Shown one piece after another: positions 1-7,793 of a stretch of DNA of 56,728 nucleotides. The position numbers were made by a program, and so were the translations under genes. Origin of the DNA: a virus (lineage: Duplodnaviria > Caudoviricetes). The stretch's first letter is position 1; every line of letters starts with the position of its first letter. The notes beneath the pieces were generated by a model. That model was not told the origin of the DNA. It was given only the letters and a program-made list of their open reading frames with translations, and searched no databases. The DNA lies in IMG/VR virus record IMGVR_UViG_3300008262_000238, positions 1 through 56,728 of that record. One strand, 5' to 3'.

Positions 1-120
1 AAAGAATAAGTAGAATTACTGATACTACTAACGAAATTTTTGAGATCTTTGACATAATAATAAATATGTCATAACACACTCTTTTGAAAGTAAATAATAT
101 TTATAAAAAAAATATATATT

Positions 121-729
121 ATGAACTATACAAGAGAACAAATTGAAAATGCGGTTAAGGTAAAGGGTTACAAATGGTTTGAGGATGTGTCAAATAAAAG
201 TTATGATGTGAACATTGTTGGTGTAAGAAACAACGCACCAAGCGTGGCAGATAAAGTAACAAATGTGTTTGATGATCATTTAACATTATCATTTAAAGAT
301 GAAAATGGTGTTTGGCAGTTCTACTGCTGGATGGGAACTTGTGATCCCGGTAAAAAAGGTGTTATGGAATTTCATAACAAAAGAGGGGTTGCAAGATTAG
401 TACCGGGACAATACAGAAGTGTTTGGAAGATTGACAAACATCAAGGAAAGTATGATGCTCTTTGTCAAAGAAATGGTAATGTTACTGTGTGGAGAGATGG
501 TAATAAAGACCTTATGTTTGAGGAGAAGGTAACAGACACCGGAATGTTCGGAATAAACATTCACAAGGCAGGTCAGGACTCAACTTGGGTTGAGAACTGG
601 AGTGAGGGTTGTCAGGTATTTAAACGAGTTAAAGATTTTGATGTATTTATGTCAATTTGTAAAAAAGCAGCAAAAATACATGGAAATACATTTAGTTACA
701 CATTACTTGAATCAACAGATATTATTTAA
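121..729 (+). CDS. Putative L,D-transpeptidase (YkuD-like)/cell-wall enzyme
   Basis: 202-aa ORF; C-terminal IHKAG...WSEGCQV resembles the YkuD H-x(14-17)-S-x-G-C catalytic motif. Confidence 0.5.
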   Translation: MNYTREQIENAVKVKGYKWFEDVSNKSYDVNIVGVRNNAPSVADKVTNVFDDHLTLSFKDENGVWQFYCWMGTCDPGKKGVMEFHNKRGVARLVPGQYRSVWKIDKHQGKYDALCQRNGNVTVWRDGNKDLMFEEKVTDTGMFGINIHKAGQDSTWVENWSEGCQVFKRVKDFDVFMSICKKAAKIHGNTFSYTLLESTDII

Positions 730-732
730 TAA

Positions 733-762
733 AGAAAGGGGGTCAGTGACCCCCATTTTTTA
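733..762. terminator. Bidirectional intrinsic terminator
   Basis: GGGGGTCA-G-TGACCCCC inverted repeat with A/T tails between convergent genes. Confidence 0.7.
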
Positions 763-1509
763 TTTCTTAAACCAATGGTTTGAAACGTCCATCAAACCAC
801 CGAATTTACCATCCCAATTTTTGATTTGAGATCTTGGAACCCAAAATTCCATCTCACCAATCTCCTCAATTTTTTTCAGGTAATCCTCACGGAACTTCTC
901 CACCTGACTTGAGTTTGTAATATACTCAATTCCCAAATTTTTAGCACAAATCTTACCAACACCAGTCAACATTGAGAACTCATCGGTCAGAGTACGAGCA
1001 CAACAAGTACAAACAGATCCTTTCTTTGATGTCAATTTCCCTGAAAATTTAACAGCCTTTGCCGTGAAAGAAAGAACTTTGGTAACATCAATAAGAATTG
1101 GATTAAACTTAAGATCGTGCTTCTCCTTAAGGGACTCACCGATAGAACGACCGATCTTGATCGTATCACCAACCGCAGGAATGTTCACATTACGAACAAC
1201 AGGTTTATTCATTTCCTTATCAATCTGACTGATCGCAGAAGATACTTGTTTATCAGTAAGACTACCGTATTGAGCAAGTTTTGACTTGATTTCATTCACA
1301 AAGGAATTAGTACCTTCGTAAGATGCGATTTTTTTCATGTCATCGGTCATCTCCACCATTTTAGATTCAACAGGTGCTGACAAAATCTTCTCAACCGCAG
1401 ATCTCTGCTTTGGTGTGAGGGATCCGTATTTGTTAAGACTATCTTTCATTTTGTTAATGAAAGAATTTTTACCATTGTAGTTTCTTACTTTTGTTGTGAT
1501 ATCTGACAT
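760..1509 (-). CDS. Phage protein with DUF6011-like Zn finger and two N-terminal repeats
   Basis: CTCCARTLTD..S..TGVGKICA motif; repeats NSF.N..K..L..YGSLT.KQ twice; TATCTTTG promoter at 1536-1543. Confidence 0.65.
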   Translation of the reverse strand: MSDITTKVRNYNGKNSFINKMKDSLNKYGSLTPKQRSAVEKILSAPVESKMVEMTDDMKKIASYEGTNSFVNEIKSKLAQYGSLTDKQVSSAISQIDKEMNKPVVRNVNIPAVGDTIKIGRSIGESLKEKHDLKFNPILIDVTKVLSFTAKAVKFSGKLTSKKGSVCTCCARTLTDEFSMLTGVGKICAKNLGIEYITNSSQVEKFREDYLKKIEEIGEMEFWVPRSQIKNWDGKFGGLMDVSNHWFKK

Positions 1510-1633
1510 AGGATCTTTGTTTTATGATTACATTACAAAGATATACACTCTCAGGCATTCTGGGTCTCGCACCTGACAATCCATCTTATTTAACCCTTTG
1601 GGGCGATACGGGAACCTAAGTTTATGTGTTTTG

Positions 1634-1707
1634 TGGATCTTGTTGGAATCGAACCAACCACCTACTGATTATGAGTCAGTTGCTCTAACCGAATGAGCTA
1701 AAGGACC
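1634..1707 (-). tRNA. tRNA-Ile2/Met (CAT)
   Basis: Cloverleaf; ACTGA-CTCATAA-TCAGT; TTCGATT T-loop; two acceptor-stem mismatches. Confidence 0.8.
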
Positions 1708-1712
1708 TTATG

Positions 1713-1798
1713 TAGTCAGGACAGGATTCGAACCTGTACTAATCCTGGCATTCACCATATTAAATTAGGAACGTGTTACCAATTACACCACCTGACTA
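1713..1798 (-). ncRNA. tRNA-like element 1 (TAGTCAGG family)
   Basis: AGTCAGG/CCTGACT acceptor, D-arm, ACAGG-TTCGAAT-CCTGT T-arm; oversized loop in place of an anticodon loop. Confidence 0.8.
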
Positions 1799-1800
1799 AT

Positions 1801-1974
1801 TTATTTTACTTGGACATCAACAAGTCCATCTTCAATATCATTTAATAGTTTTCCAATTATGTTAGAAGTAACTATTTTCTTATCACTCTTTGTTGCTTTG
1901 AAATCGGTTATGATTTCCATTCCAACCTCAATCAATCTTACAAGTTGTTCTTCGGTAAGTTCAAATTTCTTCAT
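1801..1974 (-). CDS. Small hypothetical protein (57 aa, MKKFELTEEQL...)
   Basis: ORF fills the gap between tRNA-like elements 2 and 1; A-rich start context. Confidence 0.65.
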   Translation of the reverse strand: MKKFELTEEQLVRLIEVGMEIITDFKATKSDKKIVTSNIIGKLLNDIEDGLVDVQVK

Positions 1975-1990
1975 ATTATTTTCTTTTTAG

Positions 1991-2114
1991 TAGTCAGGAC
2001 AGGACTCGAACCTGTACCAGTTTTACATTATTAAGCGAACCTAATAAATACCATACCCACTTATGACGTGAATCAGTGATGGGGATATGCGTTTACCATT
2101 CTGCCACCTGACTA
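1991..2114 (-). ncRNA. tRNA-like element 2
   Basis: Same acceptor/D/T arms with a ~70-nt unique core. Confidence 0.8.
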
Positions 2115-2372
2115 AATTAACACCCTTATTTATCCAACTCACAGGTGTCTTGGTTGTCCCCACCATAAAAGTAGGTTAGGAATAGTCAGTTCGTCCTCAC
2201 GAGGTCGGGTTGACTTTCAATCTATCTCTGTTGAGATATGTGTTACCACTGTATCAAATACAACTTACTTACCCAGTCGTTCTCCCTATACGACAAAGTA
2301 CGTTCCCCTACGGACATCAATCCGTTTCTCGTCGTGTGGGGCACACTATGGGGTGATGAACCCGCAACGTGA

Positions 2373-2487
2373 TGTCAGGGAGGGATTCGAACCCACAATG
2401 AGCAACCTTACGACTCCATAGAACCCACAAGTTTCTGGGACTATTGGTCTTGGGGACTCGGCACCATGCCTCATTACACTCCTGACA
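2373..2487 (-). ncRNA. tRNA-like element 3 (divergent)
   Basis: TGTCAGG...GGGTTCGAATCCCTCCCTGACA with a long structured core. Confidence 0.6.
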
Positions 2488-2591
2488 AACCCGACTCTTC
2501 AGCATTCTACTCCCCGCACATACATAAATGTAACACGAAATTGTATCTAATTTAACCCTACGTTGGCGGTACGGGTACTGAAGTTTATCGT

Positions 2592-2678
2592 TGGTACTCG
2601 AAGAGGGACTCGAACCCTCACAACCCAATGGTCAACAGAGCTTAAACCTGTCGTGTCTACCAATTCCACCATCCGAGC
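2592..2678 (-). tRNA. tRNA-Leu (TAA)
   Basis: Class II cloverleaf, ACAGG-TTTAAGC-TCTGT, encoded CCA. Confidence 0.9.
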
Positions 2679-2689
2679 ATTTTAAAGAG

Positions 2690-2752
2690 TTATTTTCTCT
2701 TTCTTACCATAAAGATAAATAATATAAACAATACAAACAATATTGGTGTCAT
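2690..2752 (-). CDS. Micro-ORF, 20-aa membrane peptide MTPILFVLFILFIFMVRKRK
   Basis: AAATTAAAATT-ATG start context; hydrophobic helix with basic tail; fills the spacer. Confidence 0.5.
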   Translation of the reverse strand: MTPILFVLFILFIFMVRKRK

Positions 2753-2767
2753 AATTTTAATTTTTAG

Positions 2768-2874
2768 TAGTCAGGACAGGATTCGAACCTGTACGTAGTC
2801 CATCGAGGTTGTATTTATAATCCAAACTACTTAATTATCACCCTGAGCGTCTAACCAATTCCGCCACCTGACTA
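2768..2874 (-). ncRNA. tRNA-like element 4
   Basis: Conserved ends TAGTCAGGTGGCGGAATTGG / TACAGGTTCGAATCCTGTCCTGACTA, unique core. Confidence 0.8.
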
Positions 2875-2876
2875 TA

Positions 2877-2942
2877 TTAATGATTTATCTCACTTAACAT
2901 AAATCCTACAAATATTACAAATATTACTATAATCCACCCCAT
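2877..2942 (-). CDS. Micro-ORF, 21-aa membrane peptide MGWIIVIFVIFVGFMLSEINH
   Basis: AAAAAACA-ATG start context; fills the spacer between elements 5 and 4. Confidence 0.5.
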   Translation of the reverse strand: MGWIIVIFVIFVGFMLSEINH

Positions 2943-2958
2943 TGTTTTTTAATTTTAG

Positions 2959-3051
2959 TAGTCAGGAGAGGAATCGAACCTCTCTACAGGGAGCTACCCA
3001 ACATCCATGATCTTCCATCGGACTCGAACCGACCTTGTACCAACCTGACTA
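2959..3051 (-). ncRNA. tRNA-like element 5 (two T-loop hairpins)
   Basis: TAGTCAGG/CCTGACTA ends; internal TCGG-TTCGAGT-CCGA plus terminal GAGG-TTCGATT-CCTC. Confidence 0.75.
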
Positions 3052-3059
3052 TAAAAAAA

Positions 3060-3576
3060 GATCCTGAATTGTCCCTGCACTAATCAGGAGGATCTTTTAG
3101 TTTTCTTATATTTAGTGTCTCTATATCCCTCACCGTTATAACTAGAATTCGCTAGTCCATAGTAACCATCCCCGGTGGGTTTCTACTTTCACACTCCGTC
3201 TTTATTCTATCTCACCATCAATACGAGTGGAATCAAACTCAGCGTTCAGTGCTGCCCTCAGGACATCTTCACCCTACCCCCAAAGTTACGTGGCGAGTCT
3301 CACTCGGAAGCTGAGTGTATATTGTAGGATTGTCCAGTATTCCTACAACTTGTGGATTGTATTACGATCACTTAAGACCCCTCACCCCCTTAATCCATAA
3401 TGGGGAATCCTTACCTAACCCGTGTAGCCTCCCCCATAGCCTTGAAGCCTTCAAGTCAGGATCACACACCATAACGATCGGATATTTTCGTTAATCGTGG
3501 GGTCTTAAAAGTAGAGTATGACGTATGCTCGTTTTATAGTTGTTTCCATCCGCAAACTCACGGTTCTCTCTACTTT
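3060..3576 (-). ncRNA. Structured non-coding RNA region (several stem-closed modules)
   Basis: GC-enriched, no long ORF; closing stems TTAAGACCCC/GGGGTCTTAA (3372-3508), AAAGTAGAG/CTCTACTTT (3508-3576), GATCCT/AGGATC (3060-3094). Confidence 0.55.
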
Positions 3577-3577
3577 G

Positions 3578-3677
3578 TAGTCAGGACAGGATTCGAACCT
3601 GTGTTGCCCTTAGTTGCTCTTACTTCTCAGTAAAGTGTGGGATCGAACCACACCTGGACCAAAGTTCCACCTGACTA
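3578..3677 (-). ncRNA. tRNA-like element 6 (two T-loop hairpins)
   Basis: Conserved ends; internal GTGTGG-TTCGATC-CCACAC hairpin. Confidence 0.75.
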
Positions 3678-3684
3678 AATATTG

Positions 3685-3824
3685 TTGATAGTGATGGAGT
3701 ACCCGTCTCGCTCCAATCTTAACTGCTTCTTCTGACTTTTATCAGGGCCCCGGCAGAAAGGGTGCTGAATTCCTGATCCACTCTGGATTGTCGACATCCG
3801 TTGAGTGGGGAAAACCACTATCAA
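3685..3824 (-). ncRNA. Candidate structured RNA
   Basis: Closed by TTGATAGTG/CACTATCAA; GC-rich, no ORF. Confidence 0.5.
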
Positions 3825-3835
3825 TATTTTAAAAA

Positions 3836-4062
3836 TGGTAAGACCTTAAGATTTACTTATTCGTGGGTCACCCCATCTTTACTACCTATACCTCGCCTTC
3901 AACATCCGTTCTACCCAAACCATCGTTTATATACCTGTTAACCTCTCGGTTATCTCTGAGTACCTCCTCAACGTTTTTAATCTGATAGGGGCTCCATTTT
4001 GCTCGTTATTTCTAACTCCTCTGTGGGATTCTGCTGATATAGGTCTATCTGCTATCTTACCA
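3836..4062 (-). ncRNA. Candidate structured RNA
   Basis: Closed by TGGTAAGA/TCTTACCA; no long ORF. Confidence 0.45.
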
Positions 4063-4067
4063 ATCTA

Positions 4068-4220
4068 TTATTTCAAAATCATATATTTAACTCCGTTAAC
4101 AATCTTAACTTCGTAATTCCCCTTATTTTGGGATCTCTTTGTTGATTTGGCGGTTTTTGTATTTTTCTCCGCTTCACCAAATTTGGTCTTAATCACCTGA
4201 TTCATTGAAAATCTTTCCAT
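4068..4220 (-). CDS. Small basic protein (50 aa, MERFSMNQ...)
   Basis: Start moved to 4220 because the promoter TTTG(4265-4268)...TAACTTTG(4238-4245) lies in the upstream part of the track ORF. Confidence 0.6.
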   Translation of the reverse strand: MERFSMNQVIKTKFGEAEKNTKTAKSTKRSQNKGNYEVKIVNGVKYMILK

Positions 4221-4237
4221 ATCTCTTATTGTTTCTA

Positions 4238-4268
4238 CAAAGTTATAAAAAATTTTTGATCTGCCAAA
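4238..4268 (-). promoter_or_regulatory. Bacteroidota-type sigmaA promoter
   Basis: -33 TTTG and -7 TAACTTTG; same -7 motif at 1536, 5478, 7330, 7721, 9947, 19249(+), 27456(+), 29266, 29952(+), 36941, 44877(+), 47833, 55372, 56675. Confidence 0.75.
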
Positions 4269-4285
4269 CATTTTTTAACTTTTTG

Positions 4286-4359
4286 TAATCAGGACAGGAT
4301 TTGAACCTGCAATCTCACCCACATACTGTAAGCGCGCGTTACCAATTAGCCACCTGACC
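4286..4359 (-). ncRNA. tRNA-like element 7 (tRNA-sized, non-canonical anticodon arm)
   Basis: GGTCAGG/CCTGATT acceptor; CGCTTAC-AGTAT-GTGGGTG arm lacks U33. Confidence 0.7.
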
Positions 4360-4440
4360 ATGTAGTGGAGCGTCACTTATTTCTAAGTTATCCACTTCGG
4401 TTACGTTATCTTTCGATAAGAGGCTTTACCGAGCCCAAGG

Positions 4441-4539
4441 TAGTCAGGACAGGATTCGAACCTGTATTTAGGGTTATTTAATCGGGTTTCATACCGTACC
4501 TACATCGCGAGTGCGTCTACCAATTCCGCCACCTGACTA
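4441..4539 (-). ncRNA. tRNA-like element 8
   Basis: Conserved ends TAGTCAGGTGGCGGAATTGGTAGACGC / TACAGGTTCGAATCCTGTCCTGACTA. Confidence 0.8.
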
Positions 4540-4668
4540 TTTTTTACTGCTCACGTAGAACACACAATCTTTTTTTCGTTTGCTCTTAAAGACTATCTCT
4601 TTATCTTGCTTAACTTGCCACCATATTCCTATCCATGCATGACATTTCTTTTCTATTGTGTAATTCAT
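4537..4668 (-). CDS. Micro-ORF, 43 aa (MNYTIEKKCHAWIGIWWQVK...)
   Basis: Fills the spacer between elements 9 and 8; its TAG stop is the first three bases of element 8. Confidence 0.55.
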   Translation of the reverse strand: MNYTIEKKCHAWIGIWWQVKQDKEIVFKSKRKKDCVFYVSSKK

Positions 4669-4683
4669 AACTTTAATTTTTTG

Positions 4684-4779
4684 CAGTCAGGACAGGATTC
4701 GAACCTGTATTAACCTATATCCGCTTCCTTATCAGATTATCTACGATTCCTTAATCCTACCAATTCCACCACCTGACTA
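4684..4779 (-). ncRNA. tRNA-like element 9
   Basis: Conserved acceptor/D/T arms, unique core. Confidence 0.8.
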
Positions 4780-4993
4780 TTTCGGGAAGGGAGCGAGCAA
4801 CTCCCTTTTATTCCCTACTAATTTTATTAGTTTGTTTCTAAGATCAAAAACTCTTTTATGTAAAAATGACCTCCTTTTTCTATTCCCGAAACTATTAAAC
4901 GGAGTTGTTATGTTATATAAACTACTTAAAGTCATCGGCTTTATTTAACGTCTAAAACCTGCGTCTAACAACAGACCACAAAAAGACGACTCG

Positions 4994-5068
4994 TATTCCG
5001 TACGGGATTCGAACCCGTGATCTCTTCCGTGAAAGGGAAGTGTCCTAAACCAGCTAGACGAACGGAAC
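4994..5068 (-). tRNA. tRNA-Glu (TTC)
   Basis: CTTCC-CTTTCAC-GGAAG; canonical cloverleaf. Confidence 0.92.
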
Positions 5069-5080
5069 AAAATAATGTTG

Positions 5081-5154
5081 TGGATACATACGGGATTTGA
5101 ACCCGTGACTCCTGATTGCAAGTCAGGTGTGATCGCCAGCTTCACCAATGACCC
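5081..5154 (-). tRNA. tRNA-Ala (TGC)
   Basis: CCTGA-CTTGCAA-TCAGG; G3:U70 present; 1-nt acceptor bulge. Confidence 0.85.
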
Positions 5155-5496
5155 AAAATTACCCCCTCTTGAGATTACAGAGGAGTAGTCGTATCGGTTT
5201 TTCCTATTTCAAAAACCTGATGGGCATCCCCGATAAAAACGTCAATCCTTACTTGGGGGAGAGGAGGATTTTCCAAACCGATTCCCAATGAGTACCACAT
5301 ACACGCGATAGTACCAGCTTCGTTAAGTTTTTATGAAGAAAACTTAAAAACTTCGGGTATCTCTTTCCCATTTTTAAAAAGACACAAAAAATAAGTGTAG
5401 TATTGTCCTCAAAAACCGGAGAAGATGAGGGTTCTTATTTATGTGTCTTATTTAGTATTTATCTTTCATTTAGAATACAAAGATATACTATTTTTT

Positions 5497-6321
5497 TTAA
5501 TTTTCAAAATTTTTCACATCATTAATAATATTCAAAATATCATTTTCATACTCTTTTTTTAATAATGTTTTAACTTTGTATCTTTTTAGTTTATAATTTT
5601 CTATTATTTTTGTCTCCCTTGTTATTTCTTTTAAACTATTTTCATCGTGAAATCTTTCACCATCAATTTCAACACACAAATTCAGTTTTGGGAAAAAGAA
5701 ATCAACATAATAAATATCAAACTTGAATTGTTGTATAAAATCTAAACCTTTGGTAAGTCCGTTTTTTTCTATAAATTCTCTAAAGAATTTTTCGGGATAT
5801 GATTCTTTAATTCCGGCACATAATCTATTAGGATGTAACTCAGGATTTTTTTTAAATCTATCCTTCATATTTTTACTAAGTTTTTCTTTATACAATAAAC
5901 AACTTTTTTGACATTCACTAGAACAATATATGTTGTGATTTTTTTTAACTTTTTTACCACAAACTAAACAATTTGGTCTGACCCTCTTAACATTATTTTC
6001 TTTGTTATAGTTTTTTACACCAATAGTAATTTTATTTTTAATTTCTTCAGATAAAATCCTACCGGTATTATTAAACTTAGCACTACAACTGTTATTACAA
6101 AATCTTCTTTTATCACTTTTATATGATTTAAATGACTTACCACAATTGTAACAACTAACAATTTCTTTAGACTCTTTTTTAAGGTATTTAACACCAAGTC
6201 TAATACATTTATTAGTTATGGATCTAAATGTCATACCCATTAACTCACTTATTTCTTTATAGGTTTTACCTTGTGAAATTAATTTTTTTAATTCGTTTTC
6301 TTTGTTTTCATCCCATTTCAT
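5497..6321 (-). CDS. Putative homing endonuclease (HTH + Zn fingers + DUF559/Vsr-like domain)
   Basis: C-terminal YYVDFFFPKLNLCVEIDGERFH; CxxC...FCxxxC modules; inserted among tRNAs. Confidence 0.75.
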   Translation of the reverse strand: MKWDENKENELKKLISQGKTYKEISELMGMTFRSITNKCIRLGVKYLKKESKEIVSCYNCGKSFKSYKSDKRRFCNNSCSAKFNNTGRILSEEIKNKITIGVKNYNKENNVKRVRPNCLVCGKKVKKNHNIYCSSECQKSCLLYKEKLSKNMKDRFKKNPELHPNRLCAGIKESYPEKFFREFIEKNGLTKGLDFIQQFKFDIYYVDFFFPKLNLCVEIDGERFHDENSLKEITRETKIIENYKLKRYKVKTLLKKEYENDILNIINDVKNFEN

Positions 6322-6386
6322 ATATATATAAATATCTTGAAATGAGTTAAAATTCAGATTTGAACCTAATTTTTAGTAAATTTTTG

Positions 6387-6457
6387 AGCGGATAGATGGT
6401 ACCTCCCCATCTTCCTCAGTTTGGAAGACTGACGCATTAATTTTATGCTATACCCGC
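6387..6457 (-). tRNA. tRNA-Gly (TCC), atypical D/T loops
   Basis: GCGGGTA/TATCCGC-U73; TCAGT-CTTCCAA-ACTGA; T-loop GGAGGTA; D-loop lacks GG. Confidence 0.8.
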
Positions 6458-6676
6458 AAAATTGTGACAACCTTTGGGGTCAGTTGTCACGTTTACGTGA
6501 ATGAGGTGATCAAACCTTCTTATATCACGGGTGTAGATTCGTCTCGTCAATCATCTCTCCCAATACGTTAGTTATTTCTCGTAAAACTAAAAAAGCCGAC
6601 TTGACACCTTGTAACCCCAATTTTAAGTGTGTGTTACCATCCTCTCTCAAGTTGAGCTCTACTGCATGCACTCCCG

Positions 6677-6750
6677 TACCGAAGAAGGGACTTGAACCCA
6701 TAACCTTGACGATATAAGCGTCCTGCTCTCACCTGTTGAGCTACCTCGGC
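6677..6750 (-). tRNA. tRNA-Ile (TAT)
   Basis: GACG-CTTATAT-CGTC anticodon arm; A73; TTCAAGT T-loop. Confidence 0.8.
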
Positions 6751-6833
6751 AAAAATTGTCAGTCTTTCCTGACCGTCACCCCTAACCCACAGGTATTACC
6801 CGTATCGTAGTAAAGCTTGGTTGGCTGTGTTAG

Positions 6834-6906
6834 TAGCAACGCCTTGGAATCGCACCAAGTTAAACCGGCTTATGAGACCGGTGAGATCCTCTACCTCCCG
6901 CCTGCT
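6834..6906 (-). tRNA. tRNA-Met (CAT), atypical
   Basis: CCGGT-CTCATAA-GCCGG; T-loop TGCGATT; acceptor bulge. Confidence 0.7.
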
Positions 6907-6913
6907 ATGTTTG

Positions 6914-7006
6914 TAGATAAGAAAGGATTCGAACCCATAACGCCGTTTTTAACTCGGCATCTCCCCCAAATTGAGGATAGCGTCTACCAATTCCGCCACT
7001 CACCTA
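6914..7006 (-). ncRNA. tRNA-like element 10 (Leu-like D arm, no canonical anticodon arm)
   Basis: AGGTGAG/CTTATCT acceptor, TGGCGGAATTGGTAGACGC, long variable hairpin, GGTTCGAATCC. Confidence 0.65.
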
Positions 7007-7114
7007 TTTTTGTGATTTAGTAGTTAACACACACTCTCGTTTCACTATCTTATGTTAACAGGTTGATACACTTTACGAGTTTCCCGTTTCTTACAACCAC
7101 AATATTTTAAAAAT

Positions 7115-7251
7115 TTGAGATTTATATGTATCAGCATCATTACTCCATCGTTAAATGCTTTATGGCGGATTAGACCATACTAGTCGGAGCAAGCTAGTTC
7201 AATACATACTACCTAAAGTTTTCCCCCTCGTTTTAGTGTAATAAATCTCAA
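7115..7251 (-). ncRNA. Candidate structured RNA
   Basis: Closed by a 10-bp TTGAGATTTA/TAAATCTCAA stem, immediately after a boxA-like element. Confidence 0.45.
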
Positions 7252-7254
7252 CAA

Positions 7255-7360
7255 TTTCAAAGAACTTTCCCTTTTGACACGGGAGTAGGATCACCATCTC
7301 TAATCTTCCTACCCCCGTTGTTTGTCTTACAAAGATATGTAATGTTTTTTAATCTGCCAA
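7255..7360 (-). promoter_or_regulatory. Promoter + hairpin + boxA-like element
   Basis: TTGG...TATCTTTG, then hairpin ACGGGGGTAGGA/TCCTACTCCCGT, then GTTCTTTGAAA. Confidence 0.6.
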
Positions 7361-7361
7361 A

Positions 7362-7571
7362 TTAATTGTGGATCATTTCTAAAATTTCTTCAACAGTTTC
7401 TGTTACTGAAAATCCCCCGTTGTTGTGAGTTGTAACACCAACACGAGTATGTTCTTTTTCAGTAACTCTTCCGTATTCCACTTTTTCATCAACAGGGTAA
7501 AAGTGTCCGATATGTTCAACATTCAAAACAATGATGTTCCCGTTTTTTGCTGTTAATTTGATAAATTTCAT
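7362..7571 (-). CDS. Small FlbD-like protein
   Basis: MKFIKLT..NG..IVLN..HI ... V.ETVEEI pattern resembles the FlbD family. Confidence 0.55.
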   Translation of the reverse strand: MKFIKLTAKNGNIIVLNVEHIGHFYPVDEKVEYGRVTEKEHTRVGVTTHNNGGFSVTETVEEILEMIHN

Positions 7572-7594
7572 ATAATTTTATTTTTAATCGTTTG

Positions 7595-7678
7595 TACTCG
7601 GAGAGGGACTCGAACCCTCACTCCCGTCTGGGAACGGCAGCTTAAATGCAGCGTGTCTACCAATTCCACCATCCGAGC
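7595..7678 (-). tRNA. tRNA-Leu (TAA), second copy
   Basis: Class II cloverleaf, loop TTTAAGC; one anticodon-stem mismatch. Confidence 0.85.
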
Positions 7679-7684
7679 ATTTCA

Positions 7685-7701
7685 CCAATATGTCAAAGAA
7701 C
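7685..7701 (-). promoter_or_regulatory. boxA-like antitermination element
   Basis: GTTCTTTGACATATTGG, identical 17-mer at 12180-12196. Confidence 0.65.
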
Positions 7702-7756
7702 CTTTATCGTTTCTGCCTTACAAATGTAAGTAATCTTTTTTAATTGCACAAGTCCT

Positions 7757-7793
7757 GAAAACAAAAAACCCACCTCTTTTTGGAGATGGGTTT
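7757..7793 (-). terminator. Attenuator terminator of leader 2
   Basis: AAACCCATCTC-CAAAAA-GAGGTGGGTTT + TTTGTTTT. Confidence 0.85.

Noticed and set aside
1991-2114. Intron-containing tRNAs
   Set aside because: Cores are too short for group I/II introns, and I could not see bulge-helix-bulge motifs or a restorable canonical anticodon arm.
3060-3576. tmRNA, RNase P RNA or group I intron
   Set aside because: No GGGG..GGTTTCGAC/tag reading frame, no GAGGAAAGTCC, and no P/Q/R/S elements recognisable by eye.
1713-4779. CRISPR array interpretation of the TAGTCAGG repeats
   Set aside because: Repeats come as paired 5'/3' tRNA halves, spacing is irregular (tens to hundreds of nt) and no cas genes are present.
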